A stretch of DNA of 54,651 nt, taken from assembly GCA_028278085.1 (NCBI GenBank), contig JANQFB010000323.1, forward strand, positions 1-54,651. The letters are read 5' to 3'. Under the pieces are notes generated by a model. That model was not told the origin of the DNA. It saw only the letters and a program-made list of their open reading frames with translations, and did not search any database. Shown here one piece after another: positions 8,630 through 18,532 of the stretch. Each line of letters opens with the position of its first letter. Positions within the stretch are counted from its first letter, which is position 1. A program made the translations under genes and the position numbers. Source of the stretch: Chitinophagales bacterium (lineage in GTDB: Bacteria; Bacteroidota; Bacteroidia; Chitinophagales; JANQFB01).

Positions 8630-11110
8630 CTATTCCTCGTAATATATTCTTTTTACCCGTTGTGATACATTCGTAAGGATCTCGTATGGGATAGTGTCGA
8701 GCCAGCCGGCAACTTCGGTAACCGGCAGGGAATCTCCGAAAACGATCACATCATCCCCTTCCGAGATACCGGATATTCCGGTAATATCCAGCATACACAT
8801 ATCCATGCAAATATCCCCGATCGTAGGCACCCGCTTACCATTGACCAACATTTTACCTTTGCCATTGCCTAGTTTGCGGTTGATGCCATCAGCATAGCCG
8901 ATCCTGACAATAGCGATCCTGCTGTCGCGACGGGTATAATCGGAGCGGTTGTAACCGATACTTTCATCGGCTGGAATTTCCCGGATCTGTGCGATCGTCG
9001 TTTTTAAGGTGCCGGCAGGTATCAGATCCAGTTCCCCGGAGGCGTCGATACCATACAAACCGATCCCTAACCGTACCATTTCCATCTGATGGGCTCCAAA
9101 GCGGCTGATCCCTGCAGAATTTAAGATATGCCGGAGAATGGGGTAATCCGCCGATCGGCAGATTTTATCGCTGATCTCCCGGAACTGAAGGATCTGTTGT
9201 TCGGTAAAATCGTCGTGCGCGGGATCATCGCTGCCGGCAAGGTGGGAAAATACCGACATGATCTTAAGTCCGCTTTCCGGGGAGATCAATCCCAGCAGCT
9301 CATCGACCTGGTTGGCTGCAAAACCCAGTCGGTGCATCCCTGTATCGATCTTAATGTGAATGGGACTTGTTTCCCCGGAATAATGAGCTTCCAGGTAAGC
9401 CATATATTGTTCCAGGATCGACAGGTTGTAGATCTCGGGCTCCAGGCGATGCTTTACCATTGCCGGAAAACTTTCGGCTTCCGGGTTCATGACCATGATC
9501 GGTAAGCCGATACCGGCATTTCGAAGCGCCACACCTTCGTCCGCATACGCCACTGCCAGGTAATCGACCCGGTTGAACTGCAATACACTCGCGATCTCAT
9601 GGCTCCCGCTCCCGTATGAAAAGGCTTTTACCATCACCATGATCCTGGTGTCGGGATCCAGCATTTGCCGGTAAACATTCAAATTGTGAACGATCGCGTT
9701 GAGGTTGATCTCCAGGCGGGTTTGGTGGAACTTGCTTTCCAGGGCTTTGCTGATATGCTCGAAGCGGAATTTCCTGGCTCCTTTGACCAGGATCGTTTCA
9801 TCCCGGAATTGAGCGGGATCAAAAGTCTCCAGGAAATCCGAAGTATTTGAAAAAAACGAAACCGCCCCCGGATCCGGTTGATGGAAACAGGATTGATGGT
9901 TCCTGATATTTTCGCCGATGCCGATAAAGCGGTTGATCCGATGTTCCCGGATCATCCTTCCGACCTCCTCATATAATTCACTGGATTTTCTACCACTCTC
10001 GACGATATCGGAGAGGATTACCGTGCGTTGGGGGTGTTGTTGCTGCTGGGCCAGGAAATCAAGGGCGATCTTCAGGGAGGCCAGGTCTGCACTATAGCTG
10101 TCGTTGATCAGCGAACAGTTATTGATCCCGGATTTCAATTCCAGCCGCATGGCCAGGGGTTGCAAAGATCTTAACCGTTGCCGGATCACGGCCTGGTTAT
10201 ACCCCAGCAGGAGCATCATTGCCCAGCAGTGCATGGCATTTTCGATGGAAGCATCATCGGTATACGGAATACTTATCGATAATTCCGTTTCCCGGTATAC
10301 AGCTTCGAGGATCGTAGCACCTCCTTTCTTGCGAATGGCTTTGAGCTGAAGTGATGCGCCGCTTCCTTTACCCCAGGAAAACAGTTGGATCTTCGACTGT
10401 GCGAATTGCCGGACCTCTTCCGCCAAGGGTTGATGATCTTCGCAAAATACTAATTGACCAACGGATCCGAACAACAATAGCTTTTCCCGGATCTTGGCCT
10501 TCAAATTGTCGAATCCCTCATCATGGGCCTGGCCGATATTGGTAAATATTCCGATGGTGGGGAGGATAATGGCCTGAAGGTTTTTCATTTCCCCGCTCTT
10601 GGAGATCCCTGCTTCAAACAGCGCCAGCTCATGATGCCCTTCCAATTGCCAGACCGATAGCGGTACTCCCACCTGGGAGTTGTAGCTTTTCGGACTTCTG
10701 ACCACTTCCTGGTCCGGGCTTAACAACTGGTATAACCAATCTTTTACCACGGTTTTACCATTACTGCCGGTGATCCCGATCACCGGAATATCAAATTGCC
10801 GCCGGTGAGCCGCTGCTAACTGCTGCAAGGCCGTCACAACATCCGGTACCATGATAAAATTGGCATCCTGGCGGATGGATCCGGCTTTTTCAATAACAAA
10901 ATTACGAACGCCCTTGTCCAGTAATTCCTCGATATATCGATGACCGTCATGACGTTCACCGGGGATGGCAAAAAAGATCGCATCTTCCGGAAACACTACC
11001 TTGCGGCTGTCGATCAACAAACGGCTTACCGTAGCCTGGGGATGATCCCCGGTAAGATCTCCCGCCACGATCCGGCAGATATCTTCGATGGTATATGGTT
11101 TGCTTAACAT
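8630..11110 (-). CDS. Bifunctional UDP-N-acetylmuramoyl-tripeptide--D-alanyl-D-alanine ligase (MurF) / alanine racemase (Alr)
   Basis: 826 aa. The N-terminal half has Mur ligase motifs (GITGSNGKT, later TNIGQAHDE). The C-terminal half has the alanine racemase PLP-lysine context MVMVKAFSYGSG and the ...GYADG... region. Confidence 0.85.
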   Translation of the reverse strand: MLSKPYTIEDICRIVAGDLTGDHPQATVSRLLIDSRKVVFPEDAIFFAIPGERHDGHRYIEELLDKGVRNFVIEKAGSIRQDANFIMVPDVVTALQQLAAAHRRQFDIPVIGITGSNGKTVVKDWLYQLLSPDQEVVRSPKSYNSQVGVPLSVWQLEGHHELALFEAGISKSGEMKNLQAIILPTIGIFTNIGQAHDEGFDNLKAKIREKLLLFGSVGQLVFCEDHQPLAEEVRQFAQSKIQLFSWGKGSGASLQLKAIRKKGGATILEAVYRETELSISIPYTDDASIENAMHCWAMMLLLGYNQAVIRQRLRSLQPLAMRLELKSGINNCSLINDSYSADLASLKIALDFLAQQQQHPQRTVILSDIVESGRKSSELYEEVGRMIREHRINRFIGIGENIRNHQSCFHQPDPGAVSFFSNTSDFLETFDPAQFRDETILVKGARKFRFEHISKALESKFHQTRLEINLNAIVHNLNVYRQMLDPDTRIMVMVKAFSYGSGSHEIASVLQFNRVDYLAVAYADEGVALRNAGIGLPIMVMNPEAESFPAMVKHRLEPEIYNLSILEQYMAYLEAHYSGETSPIHIKIDTGMHRLGFAANQVDELLGLISPESGLKIMSVFSHLAGSDDPAHDDFTEQQILQFREISDKICRSADYPILRHILNSAGISRFGAHQMEMVRLGIGLYGIDASGELDLIPAGTLKTTIAQIREIPADESIGYNRSDYTRRDSRIAIVRIGYADGINRKLGNGKGKMLVNGKRVPTIGDICMDMCMLDITGISGISEGDDVIVFGDSLPVTEVAGWLDTIPYEILTNVSQRVKRIYYEE

Positions 11111-11486
11111 ATGCTGGCTTCCCTCAAAGAAAATAATATCCGGGCATGTATGGAATGATCTGATGGAACGATGCCGGTCGCAAGCAGTGGCATAAAATTA
11201 CTAAAATCAATCCCCGGTAGGTATAATCTGTTTTAGAATTCATTGTTTTCGATGATTCTTTGTTAATTTAGCTGTCCGGAACGGCAATCAATAATTATTT
11301 ATACCTCCTTTTTTGGATACCAGCAGCAAAATTGTATCGCTTTTTTCTCTTTTATTGTTGTAATCACCTTGGCCTCCGGATGACCGGATCATTTGATGGC
11401 AAAAGGTTTCTTGGCATATAGGTATTCATTTAAGGGCAAATTCAAAGGAAAGTCGCATTTTTCATCATGCTTAAAACAATTTTACC

Positions 11487-12881
11487 GTGGAAAAACTGAT
11501 CAATACCTTTAAACAGATGCAAAAGGCCGATTTCAGTTTCGAAAAACTGGGCGAATTCGTTGATCAGTATGATTTTTCAACCCTGGAATACGAGTCCTTG
11601 TTACCGGCCATAAAAAAGCCGGGTGTTTATGCCAGGGAAATTCTGCTGTTGGATCCTATCGAGGTGGTGCTGTTGCATTGGCCGGTAGGGGTAGAAAGCG
11701 GGATCCACTTCCACAATGGGTTTTACGGCTATGTTGTGATCCTGGAAGGTGAAGGAGAAGATGTGGTTTACGAGCACCAGGGTGATCAATTTAAGGATGT
11801 GAAGCGAACCCGATGTTTTAAGGGAGGAGTAATAGGTGAACCGGATGGTGTGATCCATAAGATCCGTAATCCCAATCCCAGGGAAAAGCTGGTAACCCTG
11901 CATATTTACTATCCTCCCGTTGCAGACTTCCAGGGCACGAAAATATATGATATCGAAAACGAAAGGATCGGCATCCTGAATGACAAAGCCGAAACCGCCA
12001 GTTGGTCAGACGATCCCAGCCACTTCGAGGAAATTATCGAAAACGCTTTCCAATACCGATCTTTTCAGCAGCAATATCCAGGGGCCTCCCACCGGATGAT
12101 ATTGGTCAACCCCAAGCCCGATCCTGAAAAGATCAGCCAGATGAACACGGAATACTACGACGAACAGGCCTTGTCATACGACAACTTTGACCTCAATCAC
12201 CCCACCCGTTCCTCTTATACCAAAACGATCGACCGCCTGATCGGTGAAGACCTGAAACAAAGTAACGGCACCATCCGCGACAAGCTGGTACTGGCCTGCG
12301 GAACCGGACGGCGGGCCCTGGAACAAATGGAGCTCGCTGAATCGGAATTCGAAGTAACCGGCGTGGATATGAGCACGGAAATGACCAAGATCGCCGCTCA
12401 AAAAGGGATCAAAATGATCCGGTCACCCTGGCTCAACGCCCCTATGGACGACGATAAGCAATTCGACGCCGCTACCTTCTTGTATGCCTTCGGCCATATT
12501 GCCGATAAGGAAAGAAGGGTAGCCACCCTTAAAAAGCTCAACAAACATTTGAAGATCGGTTCCCCATTTTACCTGGATGTATTTAACCGCTACGACAAAC
12601 ATGAGTGGGGCCCGGAGATCCTCGAAAGCTATCGTAAATACAACCTGGAGAAATTCGGTTATGATGAAGGAGACACCTTCTATTGCAAAATAGGTGGCCG
12701 GACCCTGGCTTTTGTGCACTATTTCACCGAAGAGGAGATCACGGACCTGCTGCGTTCAACAGGTTTCCGGATCGAGAAGATCTACTATATCGGTTATGTG
12801 GAAAATTCAGGGGAGATCCTTGACCGGCAGGATGAAGGCTTCCTGTTCATCAAAGCCACTAAAGTTTCGGAAGCGGATTAG
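11487..12881 (+). CDS. Fusion protein: cysteine-dioxygenase-like cupin domain plus class I SAM-dependent methyltransferase domain
   Basis: 464 aa with a GTG start. The N-terminus carries cupin His ligands (SGIHFHNGFYGYVVILEGEG, GVIHKIRNP) and VTLHIYYPP, which resembles the CDO-family SLHVYSPP signature. The C-terminus carries MTase motif I (LVLACGTGRRAL) and the post-I acidic residue (VTGVDMS). Confidence 0.65.
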   Translation: MEKLINTFKQMQKADFSFEKLGEFVDQYDFSTLEYESLLPAIKKPGVYAREILLLDPIEVVLLHWPVGVESGIHFHNGFYGYVVILEGEGEDVVYEHQGDQFKDVKRTRCFKGGVIGEPDGVIHKIRNPNPREKLVTLHIYYPPVADFQGTKIYDIENERIGILNDKAETASWSDDPSHFEEIIENAFQYRSFQQQYPGASHRMILVNPKPDPEKISQMNTEYYDEQALSYDNFDLNHPTRSSYTKTIDRLIGEDLKQSNGTIRDKLVLACGTGRRALEQMELAESEFEVTGVDMSTEMTKIAAQKGIKMIRSPWLNAPMDDDKQFDAATFLYAFGHIADKERRVATLKKLNKHLKIGSPFYLDVFNRYDKHEWGPEILESYRKYNLEKFGYDEGDTFYCKIGGRTLAFVHYFTEEEITDLLRSTGFRIEKIYYIGYVENSGEILDRQDEGFLFIKATKVSEAD

Positions 12882-12893
12882 AACAACCGGGGA

Positions 12894-13205
12894 TCAGGCT
12901 CTTCTCCAATGTCCCGGCACCCATTTGTGGCCGCGCGGGCTTCTGACCCAGTAGCCTTTCACCCATACTTTTCCTCTGACCGGTTTTCTCCAATACCCCT
13001 TTACCCATACATATTTATGACGCTTGGGGTTCCATTTCCAATGCCCGTCGATCCATACCATCCCCCTGGCGGGTGGACGTGGTTTAACGACTTTTACTTT
13101 AGGTGCGGCAGGCCTGACTTTAACGACGACCTGTGCCTGGCTGGAATTCCATGAAAATAAAAAGATACTTAAAGAAAGGCAGCTAAGGATAAACACTCGT
13201 TTCAT
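12894..13205 (-). CDS. Small secreted YXWGXW / WxxGxW repeat protein
   Basis: 103 aa. A signal peptide is followed by basic repeats: WIDGHWKW, WVKGYWRK, WVKGYWVR, WVPGHWRR. Confidence 0.6.
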   Translation of the reverse strand: MKRVFILSCLSLSIFLFSWNSSQAQVVVKVRPAAPKVKVVKPRPPARGMVWIDGHWKWNPKRHKYVWVKGYWRKPVRGKVWVKGYWVRSPRGHKWVPGHWRRA

Positions 13206-13425
13206 GATAAATTAATTGGTTTGTTTATCTTTTATGTGCCTTTGACTATATCATAACCACTAAAGTTTAATGGGGTGGCAAAATTATTTGGGAATTTTGA
13301 ATAAGACGATGTCCAAACAAATTTTAATGATGAATGATGAACCAGGAATATTCAATATCGAAGTTCAAAGAACTTCATCATTCAATATTCCCCGTTCGGC
13401 ATTTATCATTACGGGCCAAATCGGC

Positions 13426-13890
13426 TTATTCTTCCACTACCTTCTCAACGATCAGCCCCACTTCCATGATCAGGGGCAAGGGATCACGGGGCATGTCGTG
13501 TTTCAGCTCTAGGGTATACATACCGGTTTCTTCCAGCATTTTACCGGTTTCCAGGGGAAAGCTGAAATCCCAGAAATCTCCCATGCCATCACCCAGGTAG
13601 TCGCCGTTCTCATCGGCCAGCCGGAGCTCATGCTCCTGGGTTTCTTTTTTACCGGAAGGTGTGGTCCGGGAAAAGGTAAGCAGCAGATTTTGGTAGGGAA
13701 AGCCCGAGGCATGCCGGATGGCTACGAGAAAATTATAAGGAGTGGAGTTATCCTCGATATTCACCTGGAATGAGATGACATTCTCCTGTTTCCAGGCCAG
13801 GTCGTCCATTTTGGTATGTTGCTCAAAAACGCGGTTGGGATGACAGGCAACCAGCAGGCATAATCCTAAGCTTATTAATGCATATTTCAT
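13426..13890 (-). CDS. gldH: Gliding motility lipoprotein GldH
   Basis: The ORF extends to 13938, but the Met at 13890 gives the lipobox MKYALISLGLCLLVAC. The body (NRVFEQHTKM..W......F.V...D...PYNFLVAIRH...FPYQNLLL ... GMYTLELKHDM) aligns well with my memory of Flavobacterium GldH. Confidence 0.75.
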   Translation of the reverse strand: MKYALISLGLCLLVACHPNRVFEQHTKMDDLAWKQENVISFQVNIEDNSTPYNFLVAIRHASGFPYQNLLLTFSRTTPSGKKETQEHELRLADENGDYLGDGMGDFWDFSFPLETGKMLEETGMYTLELKHDMPRDPLPLIMEVGLIVEKVVEE

Positions 13891-13934
13891 GTGGGGATAA
13901 ATGTACGGATAAACGAAACAAAAGCCAACTGCTT

Positions 13935-14630
13935 TCAAAGATCGTTTTGATCGCCCAGGATCCTGACTTCGGTGCGGCGGTTTTTTTGACGGCCTTCTGT
14001 CGTACTGTTATCGGCAACAGGCTCCGTTTCACCGTATCCTTTGGCTTTGATCCTTTGCCCGTCGATACCTTTGTTGACCAGGAATTGTCTGACCGCTTCG
14101 GCCCTCGATTCCGACAAGACCATGTTTTTATGATCGTCGCCGATATTATCGGTATGCCCGGCTATTTCGACATGCATATGCTTTTTGAGCTGCATGACCT
14201 TTAACAATTCATTCAGTGCAGGCGTTGATTCAGGTCGCAGCGTCGACTTTCCGGTGTCGAAATAAACATCTTTCAGGGTATATACCTTGGGCGTTTCAAA
14301 CTGGATGGTCAGTTGGCTGGTATATTTCCCCGGAGCAGCCGGGATAGACATTTTATTGTAATCGATCTTATCGCTGAAATTTTTGATCCTGATCAAATAG
14401 GTGTCTCCTTCCGGAATTAAAAGGGAAAAACTACCGGAAGCATCCGTAATACCGGTAAAGACCTTTTGATTATGCATACCCTCCAGGAGGATCTGCTCCC
14501 CTTCCTTCACGTTATTTTCAAAATCCATCACCTTCACTTCCACCAGGGCTTCTGTTTCCGTGGGCTGCAGGTCCTGGCCCCCGCCGAATGACAGCAAAGG
14601 CAGGCATAATAAGATGCTTGTGTAGTTCAT
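13935..14630 (-). CDS. OmpA family protein with an N-terminal carboxypeptidase-regulatory-like (CarboxypepD_reg-like) domain
   Basis: 231 aa. The C-terminal OmpA-like peptidoglycan-binding domain reads VYFDTGKSTLRPES...HTDNIGDDHKNMVLSESRAEAVRQFLV..GI...R....GYGE..P...N.T.EGRQKNRRTEV. Confidence 0.85.
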   Translation of the reverse strand: MNYTSILLCLPLLSFGGGQDLQPTETEALVEVKVMDFENNVKEGEQILLEGMHNQKVFTGITDASGSFSLLIPEGDTYLIRIKNFSDKIDYNKMSIPAAPGKYTSQLTIQFETPKVYTLKDVYFDTGKSTLRPESTPALNELLKVMQLKKHMHVEIAGHTDNIGDDHKNMVLSESRAEAVRQFLVNKGIDGQRIKAKGYGETEPVADNSTTEGRQKNRRTEVRILGDQNDL

Positions 14631-14649
14631 GGATGGATATCTTGGGCGG

Positions 14650-16272
14650 CTAATTCAATTGCATTACTTTGTGTTCAAGGGCTACGAGGTTGGTTTTGGA
14701 AAGGTCGACTTCCTCTATCTCATTTTTGCCGGTAATGATCTTTTTAACCCCGGCAAAAGGGACATCATCTTCAAAACCGACCAAAACAATATGTGCATTT
14801 TCCCCGGTGGGGATCCTGTCGAAAATACAGAACTTGTTGCCTTTGTCTCCTTTTCCGGAAATAACCGATCGGCGATTTTCAAAGACAATAAATGCTTCGG
14901 TATATACATGTCCCGGTTTCCTGTATTTGACCGTTAGCTTGGAAGTACTCGACATCCTGGCAAACTTGTCGACATTGATCCAGCCCAGCCGGTCAATCTC
15001 AAAGTTATTTTCGGCAAACTCCTTGGCAATATTGGACATATTTGATTTCATCCGGTTCGCCATTAGTCTTTTCTTTTGTTCAATAAGCGCCAGCCGGGTG
15101 GCATGATGCTGCATGACCTTTGCGGCTTTTTCTTCTTCAAGCCCTTTTCCGAGGAGCTGTTGATAGGCATTTTCGTCTGAAAGCGCAACATTATGGGTAT
15201 AGATCAGATCGGCCCGGGTAAGCTGCTCATCATAAAAATCACGATAGCGTTTGCGTGCTTTGAACACTCCTTTGTGGGAAGGATCGTCGACCTCCACATG
15301 CGGATAACACTTGGCCAAGCCTTTGAAGTAGTTCAGGATCTTATTGTCTACGTCGGACAAGCTTAAATGCTTATTGCGCAAATAGAATTCCACGATCTCA
15401 TCTGTTTTATGATGGAAGGCAGAAGACTCTTCGATATAGTTCAGCCGCTTTTTAAAGTTACGGGTGGCCAGGAAGGTATTTTGGTTCTCCGGTTGAACGA
15501 TCCTTTCAAGAATCGATTGGCTCATGCTTGGGATCCTCGGGTCGAGTGTTTCAAACGGAAGGGTATACATCACCTTGGACAATTGGCCGACAGGCGTCCA
15601 GTTCATATTTCCGATCTCATTGAACGAGCCGGAAAAGATCAACATATCCTGGGGATTCCCATCGGTCGGCACTTCCACGTAGATGGACCTGCCCTCCGCC
15701 AGTTCTAATGGCTGCCCCTCGGCGGTTGCATTGATGTAAACGGAGCCATTGGTTTCCAGCATTCTGCCGTTGGACACGGTCGGTAAATTGGATAACAGCA
15801 GATCCGCTTTTGAGAATACCTCTTTCAATTCGATCTGTACTTTTCCACTTACCGGCTTCCCGTTTTTGGTGCGGAAGCAATTCCGGGGAATGGAGACCAG
15901 GGTGCCTTTGCTGCCATAGATAACAGCTTCTTTTGTATTGTCGATCTCAAAGGTTTCCGTGGGCACTTGGGTTTTTTCATACAATCCGAGGGTGGGTTTA
16001 GGGTGAACCTTTTTGACTTTTTGTTTTTGAGCTGTTTTTCCGGTAACCTGGCGTTGGTCCTTTGCGGAACTGTTTTTTGTCGGTTCTGCCTCAAATTCAT
16101 CAGGTTTATACACAAAGTCTTTGGGATTATCGATTCCCTCATTTTGTAGGGCGTTCAGCGATTCTCCGGCTTCTTCGGGCTGATGCTTACTTAATTTTTT
16201 TTGTTCGGAGTTGCAGGCGATGAAAACCGTGAATAACAAAAATAAAGCGGCTAATTTTTGAGTTTTTTCCAT
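14650..16272 (-). CDS. Hypothetical lipoprotein, paralogous in one domain to the neighbouring anti-sigma-like protein
   Basis: The ORF extends to 16293, and the Met at 16272 gives MEKTQKLAALFLLFTVFIAC. The segment IPRNCFRTKNGKPVSGKVQIELKEV... parallels IPPQAFLDKNGKPVTGEVKILYREL... in the 520-aa neighbour. Confidence 0.55.
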   Translation of the reverse strand: MEKTQKLAALFLLFTVFIACNSEQKKLSKHQPEEAGESLNALQNEGIDNPKDFVYKPDEFEAEPTKNSSAKDQRQVTGKTAQKQKVKKVHPKPTLGLYEKTQVPTETFEIDNTKEAVIYGSKGTLVSIPRNCFRTKNGKPVSGKVQIELKEVFSKADLLLSNLPTVSNGRMLETNGSVYINATAEGQPLELAEGRSIYVEVPTDGNPQDMLIFSGSFNEIGNMNWTPVGQLSKVMYTLPFETLDPRIPSMSQSILERIVQPENQNTFLATRNFKKRLNYIEESSAFHHKTDEIVEFYLRNKHLSLSDVDNKILNYFKGLAKCYPHVEVDDPSHKGVFKARKRYRDFYDEQLTRADLIYTHNVALSDENAYQQLLGKGLEEEKAAKVMQHHATRLALIEQKKRLMANRMKSNMSNIAKEFAENNFEIDRLGWINVDKFARMSSTSKLTVKYRKPGHVYTEAFIVFENRRSVISGKGDKGNKFCIFDRIPTGENAHIVLVGFEDDVPFAGVKKIITGKNEIEEVDLSKTNLVALEHKVMQLN

Positions 16273-16397
16273 GGTTGTGTTTGATTTGATCAAGAATGCA
16301 ATTTATACCAGCAGATAAGTGTATAATGAAATACCGGAAAAAAGTTACAGTATGGACAGGTCTTTTTTACCTATAACGTTAACCGGTACTAATTATT

Positions 16398-17960
16398 TTA
16401 CAGAGATGTCGACGCTCGTTCGTCGAAATTCAATACTGCTCTTATGTTTTGAAGATCATCTACTTTTTTGTCAATGATATTCATGGTAAAGGTATAAGAG
16501 CTTTGGTTGGCTTTCAGTTGCTCAAAATCTTCGGGATAGAATACCGCCAGCTTTTCTTCGGGGGTAATTGTCCATAGAATATTTTTGATGCCCGGATCGA
16601 AATACAGGGCATTGAGATTTTCTTTACTAAAGCGGTATAATGTATTCCGGTTCTGGGCCGCCAGGAATACCACCTCAGGCTCAAGCTTATTGGCATGTTT
16701 ATCCTGAAAGGTAGCAGCAATAGCGGTACCTGTCGGCGAACTTCCCGGATTATCACAATTCCAGAGGCCGAATCGAGGGATATTGAACGATCTCTTGGTC
16801 TTATGGTCGGAGCGGGTGGCAATAGCCATCCGGGATCCCGATCCCTCCGGCTTTGATTCCATAGCCCGCTGCATTTCGTCGACTTTCTGCTCGGCGGCCT
16901 TCTTTTGGTTCAGCGCTTGGGTATAGGCTACGTATTTTTCTTCAAAAGCGGCATAGGCTTTATCATATTCTCTTTCTTCCAGCACCGGATAAACCTTGAA
17001 TTCATGATGGATCTCCTCCTTGGTCAGGGATACGATGTATTGCCCGCTTTCCTTTTTCAGGGAAATATCTTCCCATAAGATATCATACAAGCCCGGATCA
17101 AATGCCTGCCCTTCTTCTATTTCGAAGGTTACCCCCTCATACAAGGCAATTTCGGGGAATTCTTCATCGATCACGTCAATATCGAAGCGGTATTTATTTT
17201 TACCGGCTTTTACCGGCCGTTGCGGTTCCGGTGGCACCTGGATACTGCGAACGGTTGCCAAAAGATCGCGGAGCAGTCGGGAATCGATGGGATCGGTGGT
17301 ATCAAGAGCAGCAGCCACATCATTTCCGGTAGATATCCATTGCTGACGATGGTGGTCGAGGAAGTATAAATTGTAATGCTGCCCCTTAAAATCCGATGCC
17401 ATTTCCACCAGGATCAGTTGTTCGGGATTGACAAAAACCGGTTTCCCATGCTGCACAGCCTTGATCTCGACCATCCCTGCCGACTCCATATGATAAGATG
17501 TTCCTGCCGAATCCATGGTCATGGGTATCCCGCTCACAAAAAAGTCGACCGGATCATGCAATTCCCGGTACAGGATCTTCACTTCACCGGTTACCGGCTT
17601 CCCGTTTTTATCTAAAAATGCCTGGGGAGGAATATGGATGGCAGAACCGCTGGAATATTTCAATTTCCCGCCATCGCCGGCATCCAAATTGAAGGCGGTG
17701 AAGGGTATATTGACCTGTTCAAAAGGGGGATCGACCAGGTTGGCGGCCGGTTGATCCACGGCTGGACCGGGCCAAAACCAGACCGATAATACAACTACCA
17801 CACTGGCGGCTGCCAGCCAAACGGCTTTGGTCAGGAGGGGTTTGATGATCGGGGGTTTGACGGTGGCATAAGATTGCCACAGGCCCTCGAAATTTTTATA
17901 CTGATCACTAATGTCTTTTCCCGGTGCAGGTTCGTCTACTTTAAACTGATATTTTTTCAT
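16398..17960 (-). CDS. Putative membrane-anchored anti-sigma factor-like protein
   Basis: 520 aa. A short cytoplasmic N-terminus is followed by one TM (AVWLAAASVVVVLSVWFW) and a large extracytoplasmic domain. Its start overlaps the sigma factor stop by 4 nt (ATGA). Confidence 0.5.
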   Translation of the reverse strand: MKKYQFKVDEPAPGKDISDQYKNFEGLWQSYATVKPPIIKPLLTKAVWLAAASVVVVLSVWFWPGPAVDQPAANLVDPPFEQVNIPFTAFNLDAGDGGKLKYSSGSAIHIPPQAFLDKNGKPVTGEVKILYRELHDPVDFFVSGIPMTMDSAGTSYHMESAGMVEIKAVQHGKPVFVNPEQLILVEMASDFKGQHYNLYFLDHHRQQWISTGNDVAAALDTTDPIDSRLLRDLLATVRSIQVPPEPQRPVKAGKNKYRFDIDVIDEEFPEIALYEGVTFEIEEGQAFDPGLYDILWEDISLKKESGQYIVSLTKEEIHHEFKVYPVLEEREYDKAYAAFEEKYVAYTQALNQKKAAEQKVDEMQRAMESKPEGSGSRMAIATRSDHKTKRSFNIPRFGLWNCDNPGSSPTGTAIAATFQDKHANKLEPEVVFLAAQNRNTLYRFSKENLNALYFDPGIKNILWTITPEEKLAVFYPEDFEQLKANQSSYTFTMNIIDKKVDDLQNIRAVLNFDERASTSL

Positions 17961-18532
17961 GATCGCCGGTTTATTTTATCCTTCATTAATTTTTTCATCT
18001 TGCCGATCAGCCGATGTACTTTGATCTTGGCATTGTTTTCCGTAACATTCAGAATCGTTGCGACCTCTTTGAAGGGTCTTTTCTCGAAATAGCGCAACTC
18101 GATCATTTGCATCTCATGGGGCGACAATTGTTCCAATAGCTCCATCAACATACCATGTTTTAACTCTACCTCCGATTCATCCACTTCTTCACCAAGGTTA
18201 GCCAGGTGCTGTGTTTCCAGGCTGACCACTCTTTGTTTTTTATGCTTCCTGTAAAACTCACTGACCTCATTACTGGCTATACGATACAGCCAGGCGGAGA
18301 ACGGAAGCCCTCGGTATTCATATTTCTTAAGATTGAGCATTGCTTTTAAAAAAACCTGTGAGGAAAGATCTGCTGTCAACTGCTCGTCAAATGTCCGCCT
18401 ATGTATAAAGACAAATATTACATGATAATACTTGTCATAGAGTACGTTAAACTTTTTCGGGTCTCTTTTCGCTTCATTTATGTCTATTAATTCCTGATCC
18501 AGTTGTTCGGTTGTTAGGCGGGTATGCTGCAT
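17957..18532 (-). CDS. ECF-type RNA polymerase sigma-70 family factor
   Basis: The ORF extends to 18568, and the Met at 18532 (MQHTRL...) is plausible. The region 2 element FSAWLYRIASNEV and the region 4 HTH (RPFKEVATILNVTENNAKIKVHR) are typical ECF features. Confidence 0.85.
   Translation of the reverse strand: MQHTRLTTEQLDQELIDINEAKRDPKKFNVLYDKYYHVIFVFIHRRTFDEQLTADLSSQVFLKAMLNLKKYEYRGLPFSAWLYRIASNEVSEFYRKHKKQRVVSLETQHLANLGEEVDESEVELKHGMLMELLEQLSPHEMQMIELRYFEKRPFKEVATILNVTENNAKIKVHRLIGKMKKLMKDKINRRS

Noticed and set aside
12909-13215. Plus-strand ORFs of 81 and 63 aa overlapping the WxxGxW gene.
   Set aside because: The minus-strand frame has a signal peptide and a regular repeat structure. 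The plus-strand frames are Pro/Phe-rich shadows.
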